NCBI GenBank assembly: GCA_964016885.1 | Contig: OZ024748.1 | Coordinates: forward strand, 17,794,001-17,858,000 | DNA length: 64,000 bases | From: Eledone cirrhosa | Taxonomy: Eukaryota | Reading direction: 5' to 3' | In this document: one piece after another, positions 11,831-26,925 of the stretch | How positions within the stretch are numbered: position 1 is the stretch's first letter | How the letters are laid out: each line of letters opens with the position of its first letter | Made by a program: the position numbers and the translations under genes | Notes under the pieces: generated by a model | Databases searched by the model: none | The model's input: only the letters and a program-made list of their open reading frames with translations | What the model was told of the DNA's origin: nothing

Positions 11831-12666
11831 AGCTTAGTTATCCATATGAATATTATGGCTCTGCATGAAATATATAACCTTTTACTGCTGTGAGGAGGTT
11901 TGAAGCCAGATCTTCAATACTGTTATCGAGTCATTTATTGCAGTACTTATTTGTCTTCAGCAACACACACCATCTTATGTTTTCGTAATGCACATTGAAT
12001 GCACACTTATAGTCAATATGCATAATTATTTCAAAAGCAGTGCAGATATTGTGAAAGAAACCGTTTTGATCAATAAATGTGAAATTCTAATTCAATTATG
12101 ACAAAGTGAATTGTCACACTTAGTTAGTTTAACAGAGGGCAATATGTGTGGAAATGAAGAAGGCATTTTTCGTCAAATCAATACCATGATTGATTTCTCT
12201 GTAATGATATTGATTTGATGTAAATGTTGTGCCACAAAGTTAAAGAGAGGAATGGATTGTGTAATGTTCATGTCAGGGTGAAAATCATTGGTGGAATAAA
12301 TGAAGAGATTTCATTAACCTTTTAGATACGAAGCCACTTGAAACCTTCCAAGGTTCTACAATACAAAACTGTTTATTTTAAAGTGAATACATTTATCTAA
12401 AAACTTTCCATCATAATTATATGTAAGAACCTTTGTTAAGTTATGTTCCAAACATCTACATACTAATTAAAAAGTTAGTTATATTATTCAAGGGTTGTGA
12501 GGGTTCTTCAGTTGTGTCAAAGTCATGACAACCTCCCTAATGTCGGTGATCGACATGATAAGCACACCAAGTACACTCTGTAAATTGCTTGATAATAGGA
12601 AATACATCCAACTGTAGAAAACCTGCCAAATAAAGAATTGTGAGGATGATCCTTCAGCTGTGTTAA

Positions 12667-12940
12667 CCCTTTTACATTTAAACCGTCCAACCTATGCTAG
12701 CGTGGAAGATGGACGTTAAACAATGATGATGAAGTATCCAGCTAGAATTTTCTCACCTCTTTCTGTTCAGATCAGCTATACCTAACCACTCATAATGACA
12801 TTAAGGTATTGTTCTCAAAATAAATAACATCAAAATCTCGAAGATTCAATATTATGTGAGATAATTTTATGTAACATAAAGCCTGTACCACAAAAATACA
12901 ATAATATATATAGAGAGAGAGTATTGTAAATGCTAAAGGG
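12667..12940 (+). mobile_element. piggyBac-type MITE containing a short RTE/SINE tail
   Basis: TTAA-CCCTTTTACATTTA...TAAATGCTAAAGGG-TTAA; RTE-type tail at ~12683-12732. Confidence 0.75.
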
Positions 12941-13069
12941 TTAATGGTGTGACAACCTCCCTAGTGCTTGTATATGATAAGATGCACTCAGTAAAGCATG
13001 GGAACATATAAGTAAGTGAGATAGGTGGGGGGGGGGGGACTGAATATTCAGTACAGTGAGGGAATATAG

Positions 13070-13225
13070 TAGTGATGATGATGGTGGTGGTAGTGGTAGT
13101 AGTGATGATGATGATATGATGATGATGAAGATGGTATGATGATGAAGATGGTATGATGATGATGATGATGACAATGATGATGATGATGATGATGATATGA
13201 TGACAATATGATGACAATATGCCAA
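13070..13225. repeat. (GAT/GGT)n microsatellite
   Basis: Direct reading. Confidence 0.9.
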
Positions 13226-13640
13226 TGATATATATATTACACATATACCACACAGGGAATATACATTGTTGTTTATAACTTAAGTACATGAGTGAAATAA
13301 CTTTAAAAAACACTAACATTGAAATAAAAACATTTTGATAAAGAAATGGTTTAGTTACAATTTTCTAAAGACATAGATTCCTTTTGGGGAGGTTTCCTTT
13401 AATAATAATAATTAGAAAAACACGTGGATATGGAAACTTCATTTGCTTTCTCTCTGAAGATCAATAAGTTTTCATTAAAAAACATTGATCAGTGCATATC
13501 TACTTCAAAAGCACTTAAAAACTCCACAAAAATTATTACAGATCAATCTATATACTACATGTTTATATATTTCATATATTTCTCTTTCTGTCATGCTGTG
13601 TGTGTGTAAGTATGTATATAGGTGTTTATATATATATATA

Positions 13641-14486
13641 GAGGGATCAGATGTTGTTTACTCGAGAGAAGGCTACGTTGGTATGGTCACGTGATGCGCA
13701 TGAAGGACGATAGCTGTATAACAAAGTGCAGGGCAATAAAGATAGACGGTAGCCACGGAATAGGCAGACCCAGAAAAACCTGGGATGAGCTGATAAATTC
13801 CGACCTCACACACTTACACCTCACCAAGACAATGTCACTGGACCGAGACCTTTGGCGGTACTCAGTAATAGAGAAGACCCGCCTTACCTAAATACAAAGT
13901 AAAACCTACTACAGTCAGTAGGCATCTCTAACAAAATACACCCCCGTCCCGCCACCCCCACCCCATCCACACCGCCCCTTTCAATGTAAAGTTATGTTGG
14001 TGCCACAACATCCAGGCCGAAACAAATGAGATCGTGTAGTGTCACGTCAAAAAAACACACAGTTCACGCTGTAATGTGGCCGTGTAGGCAACACGGTAAA
14101 AACCTCCCAGTCCCACACTGTAAATGTGGTTGGTGTTAGGAAGGGCATCCAGCTGTAGAAAACCCGCCAGACAGTCCACGCTGTAATGTGGCCGTGTAGG
14201 CAACACGGTAAAAACCTCCCAGTCCCACACTGTAAATGTGGTTGGTGTTAGGAAGGGCATCCAGCTGTAGAAAACCCGCCAGACAGTCCACGCTGTAATG
14301 TGGCCGTGTAGGCAACACGGTAAAAACCTCCCAGCCCCACACTGTAAATGTGGTTGGTGTTAGGAAGGGCATCCAGCTGTAGAAAACCCGCCAGATAGTC
14401 CTATGCGAGCAAGATAATCACTCTTGCCTCAAGTGGGAAAACCCCCGTCCAAACCCATGCAAGCGTGGAACACGGACGTTAAACGT

Positions 14487-14517
<31 letters not shown>
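13641..14517 (+). mobile_element. RTE-a 3' fragment with a triplicated 112-bp 3'UTR module
   Basis: Near-identical to 4962-5602 ([18 protein letters not shown]...EKTRLT*); units start at 14059, 14171 and 14283. Confidence 0.93.
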
Positions 14518-14540
<23 letters not shown>

Positions 14541-14547
<7 letters not shown>

Positions 14548-14697
14548 AGATCAAAAGATGGTTAAAAGAGTTCCAATTTGGAACTCTTTTAACCATCTTT
14601 TGATCTTATATTATTTATACTCCAGTCCTACAAACTGTAGAGTGCTACTTATCCAATATTTGCATTGCTTTATTGTACTACAATAAAACTCACCTCC

Positions 14698-14700
<3 letters not shown>
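14541..14700. mobile_element. Short fold-back copy of Penelope-like family 1
   Basis: Hairpin centred near 14577, then the same 3' end as 1453-1570; (TA)n on both sides. Confidence 0.75.
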
Positions 14701-14750
<50 letters not shown>

Positions 14751-15027
14751 TTAATAATAATATTATTTATAGTTATATACTATAAACAACTATAAACAGG
14801 AAAGGTCAGTAATTTATTACTACCTTATTACCAGTAAGAGAAATAGCTCAATGTAAATACATGAGATGTTTTACAGTGCTGGAATATAAATTACACATTA
14901 ATCATACAATTTATATGCACACATATATATGTATATATATGTAAAAGGTAAACAGAAATAACAACACAATCGGTACAGTATATGGAAGAAATATATTAGG
15001 TTAACGCTTGAAATAGCAGGAAGAAGG

Positions 15028-15063
15028 TCTTAACGTTTCAGACGCTAGTCCTTCATCAGAAGA
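15028..15063 (-). ncRNA. Minimal hammerhead ribozyme within a ~140-bp repeat (14943-15085)
   Basis: TCTT-CTGATGA-A-GGAC-TAGC-GTCT-GAAA-CG-TT-AAGA; palindromic AACGTT stem III. Confidence 0.75.
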
Positions 15064-15242
15064 AAGAATGAGAAATAAGAATGATTGAGGGCACGGGCGG
15101 GATGGAATTGGAACAAATGTCTTTAGATAAAAATAACAGGTCCATTCATGTTGACATCTATTATCATCATCATCATCATTTTACGTCGGCTTTTCCCTGC
15201 TTGCAATATATATATATATGTGTGCGTGTGTGTGTATTTATG

Positions 15243-15294
<52 letters not shown>

Positions 15295-15349
15295 GGTGTA
15301 TATATATATGTATGTATATATGTATGTATATATATGTATATGTATGCAT

Positions 15350-15951
15350 GTCAGGTCACCAGTTGGTGCTACTGGTAACATGTATCCCAGTACAACCTGT
15401 CTCATGGTCGGGTCGTTGGCGACTAAACTGGCAACCCCACCAAGGTTTCTTGGTGAGGAGGGTGACTTTGGACATCTTGCAGGACTAAAAACAAAACCTG
15501 TCAAAGGGCAAAGGAGCTCTTAAGAGTAAATGGCCATCCAAAATCACCGGGAGAGATGACCCCTTAGCCTTTGTCAAGGCAGAATTCTAGGAGAAGGAAA
15601 ACTCTGATATAACACCTGCAACCCTGATGGTATCCAATGATGTTGACTTGTTCTTCTTTTTGGTAAATATCATCTTGGTTAAGAGAGTGGGACTGGCTTT
15701 GTGCAGTGCCTTTGCTCACTATAAAAGCTTCATGGCACAGACATTGCTTTATATCTGGAGATCTCTCTGCACTTGTCGTCACATGGTACCATGGGCAATG
15801 CACTATGTGTCAATAATTGTCACAGGTGTAGTGTTTGTACCAGAGTTTTCAAGTCGCTGGACTAAAAAGTCACACTCGTTCAGCGCATCGGTAGGGGTTC
15901 TCCTACATGGATATAAAGTAGTGGCCGTACTCGAAAACGAGTTGGCAGCCA

Positions 15952-15954
<3 letters not shown>
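15350..15954 (+). mobile_element. Bipartite non-autonomous RTE-derived element (~600 bp)
   Basis: RTE 5'UTR-like CTAGGAGAAGGAAAACTCTGA motif plus 3' C2H2 zinc-finger remnant and CTCGAAAACGAGTTGGCAGCCACC end; second copy at 62244-62818. Confidence 0.75.
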
Positions 15955-16001
<47 letters not shown>

Positions 16002-16002
16002 G

Positions 16003-16087
<85 letters not shown>

Positions 16088-16197
16088 AATGTGTGTGTGT
16101 TTGTGTATGAAAAAGGCAAACAGAAATAACAAAGCAAATGACACAGAACAATGAAGAAATACATTATTAGTGTTATGCTTGATATAGTAGGAAAAGA

Positions 16198-16235
16198 CTC
16201 TTAACGTTTCGGATGTTAGTCTTTCATCAGAAAAA
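16198..16235 (-). ncRNA. Decayed minimal hammerhead (paralogue of 15028-15063) within repeat 16108-16260
   Basis: CTGATGA-AAGAC-TAAC-ATCC-GAAA-CG-TT-AAGAG; stem II mismatched. Confidence 0.55.
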
Positions 16236-17616
16236 ATATAATGAGAAATTAAAGAAGAAATAGAAAGATAGAGAAGAGTGAGCAGTAGCAGAAATAAACA
16301 AACAACTTCTTAGAGAAAAACACTTCTATTCAAGTCGCCATCTCTTCCCTTCTACATGCCACTTCTGCTTACAACTCTCACCATCTCAGCCCAGATCTTT
16401 CTAGGTCTACCTCTATTGCGGCTTCCTAACACTGGGATTTCCTGGTCCTTCTTCACCCAGTGATCAACTACAAATATTAACATTTGATCCTAATAATATG
16501 GATATTCTGCAAGTACCATCTTGTGTTCTTCACACAGTGTGTATTGCCAGTTAGTTCTGTTGCTCTTTAGAGAAATTTTCTTTTATATTGTTTATTTTAA
16601 TTTATTTTTGTTTAATAATTCCATCTTGGAAAACCTCATCCTTTTTCATTACCCCTGTGACTGAAACTTCCAATAAAATCTTTATCTACTACATTTTGTT
16701 TTAGAAAGGAAACATACTGATTCTTTAAAAAAAATAATAATACAAGAAAAATATGGAAAAGCTTGCATAAAGTTTGCCACTTTCTGTATTTGAGGAATAA
16801 TTTGAGAAAATACTCACTTTTCTTTTATATGCTAGATGAATATCTTGAGAATTTCCAGCAAGTAATGAATTATTTAATAGTGTATCATTCTCCAATCTCA
16901 AACTTTCTCCCAGTCATACCGATAACATAAATTTACTGGAACATTCATACAGCTGTTTAACCCGTTCAATATAAACTTGCCTAAAAACTGCTTCTACTTC
17001 TATGGAACAACGTCATCGATTTTTTAATGGTTTCTGGTTTAAATTAAAATTAAAATTAAAATCTTCCAACATAGTTTATATATATGAAACATTTCACCAA
17101 ATTAAAAAAAACACCATCTTAAACATTGAAATAATCTTATTAAATCCCTCCAACTTCCTCAGTAATTAATTCATACAAAATGTATCTTATTAGAAATATG
17201 GTAATGAAAGAGTTAACTCTATTTTGTCAGTGGATATATTACCTGATCCACTGTATCAAGAGAGAATACATTACTCAAGCTGATTCCTCAAATAACTTTC
17301 CCTACTTAATTCTTTTATCTATTTCTTATAACATAGGATGGCAGTAAATATGCAGAGTCGTTAGAATGTGGGATAGAATGCTTTGTGGTATTTGTTCCTG
17401 CTTTCTGCTCTCTGAGTTCAAATCCTGCTGAGGTCAACTTTCCCTTTCATCCTTTCGAGGTTGATAAAAAAAGTACCAGTCAAGTACTGGGGTTGATTCT
17501 TCCTCTATTATCCCTTTCTCACTTCCTATCTCTCATTTTCTATCCTTCTCTGGAAGAAATCTACTGTGCTGAAATATGCTATCCTGTACAGAAGTTACAC
17601 TCACACACACACACAC

Positions 17617-17650
<34 letters not shown>

Positions 17651-18171
17651 CCTACTCTTAATCTCTACCTTATCTTTCTCTGTCCCTCTCTTTATATCTT
17701 CTCTACCCCCATATATGGTAAACATCAAAACCTTCACCTTTAACAAAGGTCAAAGAATAATTGTTCCACATCACAGCACACAGATTGATAGTGTGAAACC
17801 CTTTTACCCCCACTCCCTCTCCTCTCTACCATCACACTAACTGACTGTATTTCATGCTATTTTTAACTTATTTACATTTTCTTAAACAAAAATCTCATTA
17901 CTGAATTCTACCGCATAGTGAATAGTTGAATTCCACTACTATAGGCTTTCTGATAATGAGGGACAGAGACCGCTGGAGAGAACTCGTCCATGGATCTTGA
18001 GAATTTTACCCGCCTTAGATAGATAGATAGATATGTAGACAATTTATAATAGACACAGAAACATATGTCAAAGCAAATAAATTCATAATTTCTTCATGCT
18101 AACGTTTTATTTTTCTTGGTGCTCTACTTGCTTATATTATATATATGTGTGTGTGTATATATATATATATA

Positions 18172-18307
18172 TGTGCGTGAACGACCCAGCATAAATGTGT
18201 TGAGAGAGAAACTGTGTCTGAGAGGGATAGAATGTAGTGTACGGGAGAGGACACTGAGGTGGTATGGACATGTGATGCGCATGGAGGATGACCGATGGGT
18301 GAAGAAG
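18172..18307 (+). mobile_element. Internal RTE-b fragment without a 3' tail
   Basis: Near-identical to ~47071-47206 ([40 protein letters not shown]). Confidence 0.9.
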
Positions 18308-18668
18308 GAACAAATGGAAACTATATTTATAAAACCATATTTATTTCATTATACATATTTCAAGGACACCAAAGCAAATTATGGTGCCCTTTCATCAAAT
18401 AAAATATAATATAGATCAGTTTTATAAACAAATAATTGTTTCTACTTTAGGCACAAAGCCAGCAATTACCCAGTGCATTACTGGTACTTTATTTTATCGA
18501 CCCCGTAAGGATGAAAGGCAAAGTCAACCTCGGCGGGATTTGAACTCAGATCGTAAAGGGACGTAACTATGCTGGAAAGCATGGCGTCCGACCCTCTACT
18601 GATACTGCCAATCCACCGCCCATTTGTTTTATAAACAAATAATGCAACCATGTCGGTTGGAAGCTCCT

Positions 18669-18709
<41 letters not shown>

Positions 18710-18978
18710 GGAGCTTCCAACCGACATGGTTGCATTCTTTAAGGGTATGTCAATATTTGTTTATAAAACTGATCTATATTATATTTTATTTGATGAAAGC
18801 GCACCATAATTTGCTTTGGTGTCCTTGAAATATGTATAATGAAATAAATATGGTTTTATAAATATAGTTTCCATTTATTAATATATTGTATTTTTACTCC
18901 AAAAATTTGTTGAGTGCTTTATATCAGTTATAAAAATATTTGCTTGTTGTATCCCAACAAATTAAATATAACTTCTAC
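18308..18978. mobile_element. Fold-back Penelope-like family 2 element with a hammerhead in each arm; centre is (TA)n
   Basis: Inverted arms around 18671-18705; motifs at 18342-18406(-) and 18782-18846(+) with a TTGATGA core. Confidence 0.75.
18433..18621 (-). mobile_element. SINE-A inserted in the fold-back element, with target-site duplication
   Basis: GTTTTATAAACAAATAAT at ~18419-18436 and ~18626-18643. Confidence 0.88.
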
Positions 18979-18979
18979 A

Positions 18980-20815
<1,836 letters not shown>

Positions 20816-21344
20816 GTGTAAACAGAGAAAGGAATAACCATAAAGTAGGAAAGTGTAATTGGCTTAAAAAATATGGAAGTCCTGGAAGTGCTTAAGACGA
20901 TATTGAATCTCCGATAACATTTGACATTAGAATGTTGGGGTTGGATATGAAGAAATTTAGTCATTTTAACAGCAACAACCATTACAACAACATCAACATT
21001 CATATCAACTACTAATAATACTTGTACTACTACTAATACTTATACAATAATTATATAATAGTAGTAGTAGTAATAATAATCAGGAGGAGAAAACAGCAAC
21101 AACATCTACATTCGTAACAACTACTCTTACTACTACTAATACTACTACTACTAATACTCTTACTACTACTACTACTACTACTATTATAAATATTAATGAT
21201 AACAATAATAGTAAGAAGGAGAAAAGAAGACGAAGAAGATGAAGCAGAAAAGATAACAGCAATAACAAAACAACAACAGTAAGATAAACAACTAAAACAA
21301 CATGTTTGTAATATTTCAACAGTAACAGTGACGTCAATAATGAT

Positions 21345-22526
21345 AATAATAATTGTTTCTACTTTTGGCACAAGGCCAGCAAATTAACCAGTGTATTACT
21401 GGTACTTTATTTTATCGACCCCGTAAGGATGAAAGGCAAAGTTAACCTCGGCGGGATTTGAACTCAGAATGGCAAGGACCGTAACTCTATGCGCCAAAGC
21501 ATGGCGTCCAACCCTCTACCGATGTTTCTACTTTAGACACAAGGCCAGCAATAACCCAGTGCATTACTGGTACTTTATTCTATCGACCCCATAAGGATGA
21601 AAGGCTAAGTTAACCTCGGCGGGATTTGAACTCAGAATGGCAAGGACCGTAACTCTATGCGCCAAAGCATGGCGTCCAACCCTCTACCGATGTTTCTACT
21701 TTTGGCACAAGGCCAGCAATTACCCAGTGCATTACTGGTACTTTATTCTATCGACCCCGAAAGGATGAAAGGCAAAGTTAACCTCGGCGGGATTTGAATA
21801 ATAATAATGATAATAATAATTGTTTCTAATTTAGGCACAATAATAATAATAATGATAATAATAATTCTTTCTAATTTAGGCACAAGGCCAACAATTACCC
21901 CAGTGCATTACTGGTACAGGCACAAGGCCAATAATTTGGGGGGAAGGAGAAAGTCGATTAAATCGAGCCCAGTCTGTTACTGGTACTTTATTTTATCGAC
22001 CCCATAAGGATGAAAGGCAAAGCTAACATCAGCAGGATTTGAACTCAGAACTTAAGGGGACGTAACTCTATGCCACAAAGCATGTTATCCGATGCTCTAC
22101 TGATACTGCTAATATTTATAATAATTGTTTCTACTTTTGGCACAAGGCCAGCAATTACCTCAGTGTATTACTGGTACTTTATTTTATCGACCCCGTAAGG
22201 ATGAAAGGCAAAGTTAACCTCGGCGGGATTTGAACTCAGAATGGCAAGGGCCGAAACTCTATGCGTCAAAGCATGGCGTCTGACCCTCTACCGATACTGC
22301 CAATCCACCGCCATAATAATAATAATGGTTTCTTATATATAGGCACAAGGCCAGCAATTCCGGCAGAGGGGAAAGTCGATTAAATCGACCCCAGTGCGTG
22401 ACTAGTACTTTATTTTATCGACCCTGAAAGGATGAAAGGCAAAATTAACCTCGGTGGGATTTGAACTCAGAACGTTAAGGGCCGTAACTCCATGCTGTCT
22501 GACGCTCTACCGATACTGCCAATCCA
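21345..22526 (-). mobile_element. Head-to-tail cluster of about six SINE-A copies (short and long variants)
   Basis: Repeated TTGTTTCTACTTTTGGCACAAGGCCAGC...GGATTTGAACTCAG; long variant carries a GTCGATTAAATCGAC hairpin. Confidence 0.9.
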
Positions 22527-22559
22527 AGTGATATTAATCTTGTTAACTTCATCTACTGC

Positions 22560-23262
22560 TTCTCCAACAATAGTAACAACAACAACAGCAATAATAGCAT
22601 CAACAACTAAAATATCAACAAATTTGATGACTGTGAAATGTTGGTGATATTAGCAAAAGTATTAACAATAACAGCAGCTATGATGTCAGAATCTACATGA
22701 ATAGCAATAACAACAACAACAACAATAACAACAACCACAACAACCACAATAACAACAGCAACTACAACAATAAAAACAACCGCAATAACAGTAACAACAA
22801 CAACAATAACAACCACAATAATAACAACAACCAGAACAATAACAACAACCACAACCACAACAATAACAGTAACAACAACAATAACAACAACCACAATAAC
22901 AACAGCAACTACAACAATAAAAACAACCAATAACAGTAACAACAACAACAATAACAACCACAACAACAATGACAACCACATTTATAACAACAACCAGAAC
23001 AATAACAACAACCACAACAACCACAATAGTAACATCAATCACAACAGCCACAACAATAACAACAGCAATAACAATAACAACAACCACAACAACAACGACA
23101 ACCACAATAATAACAACCACAACCAGAACAATAACAACAACCACAACCACAATAACAACAACCACAATAGTAACAATAACAGCCACAATGATAACAACAA
23201 CCACAACTACAACCCCAACAATAACCACAACAACCAGTGCAACAACAACTACAACAATAACA
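22560..23262. repeat. (AAC/AAT/ACC)n trinucleotide tract
   Basis: Direct reading. Confidence 0.92.
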
Positions 23263-23461
23263 AAGAAAATGTATGTTTGTATCTTTGTAGGTTTTGATAA
23301 GTTGTTCAAACAATGGAACAGCCTGCTCATGAGATTAATGTGTAAGTGGCTGAGCATTCCACAGACATGTGTACCATAATGTATTTCTAGGGGAAATTCA
23401 GCATGACACAGTGTGTGACAAGGTTGGCTTCCCCCTTGAATTACTGGTACAATTCAATTTG

Positions 23462-24137
23462 GGTGGACTGGAGCAACATGAAATAAAGTGTCTTGCTCAA
23501 GGACACAGTGGACTGGAGCAACATGAAATAAAGAGTCTTGCTCAAGGACACAGTGAACTGGGGAAACATGAAATAAAGTGTCTTGCTCAAGGACACAGTT
23601 TACTGGGGCACCATGAAATAAAATGTCTTGCTCAAGGACACAGTGGACTGGGGCAATATGAAATAAAGTGCCTTGCTCAAGGACACAGTGAACTGGAGCA
23701 ACATGAAATAAAGTGTCTTGCTCAAGGACACAGTTGACTGGGGCAACATGAAATAAAGTGCCTTGCTCAAGGACACAGTGGACTGGGGCAACATGAAATA
23801 AAGTGTCTTGCTCAAGGACACAGTTGACTGGGGCAACATGAAATAAAGTGCCTTGCTCAAGGACACAGTGAACTGGGGCAACATGAAATAAAGTGCCTTG
23901 CTCAAGGACACAGTGGACTGGGGCGACATGAAATAAAGTGTCTTGCTCAAGGACACAGTGGACTGGGGCAACATGAAATAAAGTGCCTTGCTCAAGGACA
24001 CAGTGGACTGGGGCAACATGAAATAAAGTGCCTTGCTCAAGGACACAGTGGACTGGAGCAACATGAAATAAAGTGCCTTGCTCAAGGACACAGTGGACTG
24101 GGGCAACATGAAATAAAGAGTCTTGCTCAAGGACACA
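23462..24137 (-). repeat. 45-bp tandem array (~15 copies) of the CORE-like domain inside a SINE (~23300-24200)
   Basis: Unit GTGGACTGGGGCAACATGAAATAAAGTGTCTTGCTCAAGGACACA; SINE body on one side and tRNA-like head on the other. Confidence 0.9.
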
Positions 24138-24659
24138 TGTTGCCAGAAATTGAACTTATGACCTTACAATCATAAACTAAACACTCTAACCACTGAGCTA
24201 CTATCCGTTGCTACTTTTTACATATGTTAGTTATTACAAACATACAAAAACATTTACAACATAAAGAGACAAACACTCATATTGGTTTGATATCATTTCC
24301 TATTTGAAGTGATTGTGAACTGAACTCTCTAACCACTGAGCTACTAGCCCTCACTTCCCTCTACATATGTTAGTTATTACAAACACACAAAAAAATTATG
24401 ACATGGGTGACAAACATTTATATTGGTTTGGTATTCTTTTATTTGAAGTTATCACATGCAATAAAAACATTGATATGATATGGATCACAATATATATTGG
24501 TTTTGGTTTGTTTGTTTTGTTTTGGGGGGCGGGGGAGAGGGGGGGTGGGGTAGTTGTTATCTATATTTTCTTTAAAAGTGATGAATGTCTGTCATCATCA
24601 TTGACTGATCAGATTAGAATAGAGAGTGAGACTGACAGGGAGACTGAGATAGAGTGAGA

Positions 24660-26925
24660 TAATGACAGAGAGAAGGAGAGAGAGAGAGAGAGAGAAATTT
24701 AGTGAGACAAGTAGAGTCACAGGGAGAGAGAGAGAGAGAGAAGTTTAGTGAGACAAGTAGAGTCACAGGGAGAGAGAGAGAGAGAGAGAAGTTTAGTGAG
24801 ATAAGTAAGGTCACAGGGAGTGAGAGAGAGAGGGAAATTTAGTGAGACAAGTAAGGTCACAGGGAGAGAGAGAGAGAGAAATTTAGTGAGACAAGTAAGG
24901 TCACAGGGAGTGAGAGAGAGAGAAATTTAGTGAGATAAGTAAGGTCACAGGGAGAGGGAGAGAGAGAAATTTAGTGAGATAAGTAGGGTCACAGGGAGAG
25001 AGAGAGAGAGAGAGAGAAATTTAGTGAGACAAGTAAGGTCACAGGGAGAGAGAGAGAGGGAAATTTAGTGAGATAAGTAGGGTCACAGGGAGTGAGAGAG
25101 AGAGAAATTTAGTGAGATAAGTAGGGTCACAGGGAGAGAGAGAGAGAGAAATTTAGTGAGACAAGTAAGGTCACAGGGAGAGAGAGAGAGAGAGAAATTT
25201 AGTGAGATAAGTAAGGTCACAGGGAGAGGGAGAGAGAGAAATTTAGTGAGATAAGTAAGGTCACAGGGAGAGAGAGAGAGAGAGAAATTTAGTGAGACAA
25301 GTAAGGTCACAGGGAGAGAGAGAGAGAGAAATTTAGTGAGATAAGTAAGGTCACAGGGAGAGAGAGAGAGAGAAATTTAGTGAGATAAGTAGGGTCACAG
25401 GGAGAGAGAGAGAGAGAAATTTAGTGAGATAAGTAGGGTCACAGGGAGTGAGAGAGAGAGAGAAATTTAGTGAGATAAGTAAGGTCACAGGGAGAGAGAG
25501 AGAGAGAAATTTAGTGAGACAAGTAAGGTCACAGGGAGAGAGAGAGAGAGAAATTTAGTGAGATAAGTAAGGTCACAGGGAGAGGGAGAGAGAGAAATTT
25601 AGTGAGATAAGTAGGGTCACAGGGAGTGAGAGAGAGAGAGAAATTTAGTGAGATAAGTAAGGTCACAGGGAGAGAGAGAGAGAGAAATTTAGTGAGACAA
25701 GTAAGGTCACAGGGAGAGAGAGAGAGAGAAATTTAGTGAGATAAGTAAGGTCACAGGGAGAGGGAGAGAGAGAAATTTAGTGAGATAAGTAGGGTCACAG
25801 GGAGTGAGAGAGAGAGAGAAGTTTAGTGAGATAAGTAAGGTCACAGGGAGAGGGAGAGAGAGAAATTTAGTGAGACAAGTAAGGTCACAGGGAGAGAGAG
25901 AGAGAGAAATTTAGTGAGACAAGTAGGGTCACAGGGAGAAAGAGAGAGAGAAATTTAGTGAGACAAGTAGGGTCACAGGGAGTGAGAGAGAGAGAGAAGT
26001 TTAGTGAGACAAGTAAGGTCACGGGGAGTGAGAGAGAGAGAAATTTAGTGAGATAAGTAAGGTCACAGGGAGAGAGAGAGAGAGAAATTTAGTGAGACAA
26101 GTAAGGTCACGGGGAGTGAGAGAGAGAGAGAAATTTAGTGAGATAAGTAGGGTCACAGGGAGAGAGAGAGAGAGAGAAATTTAGTGAGACAAGTAGGGTC
26201 ACAGGGAGAAAGAGAGAGAGAAATTTAGTGAGACAAGTAGGGTCACAGGGAGAAAGAGAGAGAGAAATTTAGTGAGACAAGTATGGTCACAGGGAGTGAG
26301 AGAGAGAGAGAAGTTTAGTGAGACAAGTAAGGTCACGGGGAGTGAGAGAGAGAGAAATTTAGTGAGATAAGTAGGGTCACAGGGAGAGAGAGAGAGAGAA
26401 ATTTAGTGAGACAAGTAAGGTCACGGGGAGTGAGAGAGAGAGAGAAATTTAGTGAGATAAGTAGGGTCACAGGGAGAGAGAGAGAGAGAGAGAGAAATTT
26501 AGTGAGACAACTAAGGTCACAGGGAGAGAGAGAGAGAGAGAGAAATTTAGTGAGATAAGTAGGGTCACAGAGAGAGAGAGAGAAATTTAGTGAGATAAGT
26601 AGGGTCACAGGGAGTGAGAGAGAGAGAGAAGTTTAGTGAGACAAGTAGCGTCACAGGGAGAGAGAGAGAGAGATAAATTTAGTGAGACAAGTAGGGTCAC
26701 AGGGAGAGAGAGAGAGAGAGAAATTTAGTGAGACAAGTAGGGTCACAGGGAGAGAGAGAGAGAGATAAATTTAGTGAGACAAGTAGGGTCACAGGGAGAG
26801 AGAGAGAGAGATAAATTTAGTGAGACAAGTAGGGTCACAGGGAGTGAGAGAGAGAGATAAATTTAGTGAGACAAGTAAGATCACAGGGAGAGAGAGAGAG
26901 AAAAATTTAGTGAGACAAGTAAGGA
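24660..26925. repeat. ~40-bp satellite with a variable (AG)n spacer (>50 units)
   Basis: Unit AAATTTAGTGAGAYAAGTARGGTCACAGGG(AG)n. Confidence 0.95.

Noticed and set aside
15564-15803. 79-aa ORF conserved at 62396-62635
   Set aside because: Similarity reflects two copies of the same element; antisense to its polarity
22686-23379. Val-, Thr- and Cys-rich ORFs
   Set aside because: Trinucleotide repeat translations
24660-26925. CRISPR-like repeat/spacer appearance
   Set aside because: Spacers are (AG)n rather than unique; eukaryotic context; no cas genes
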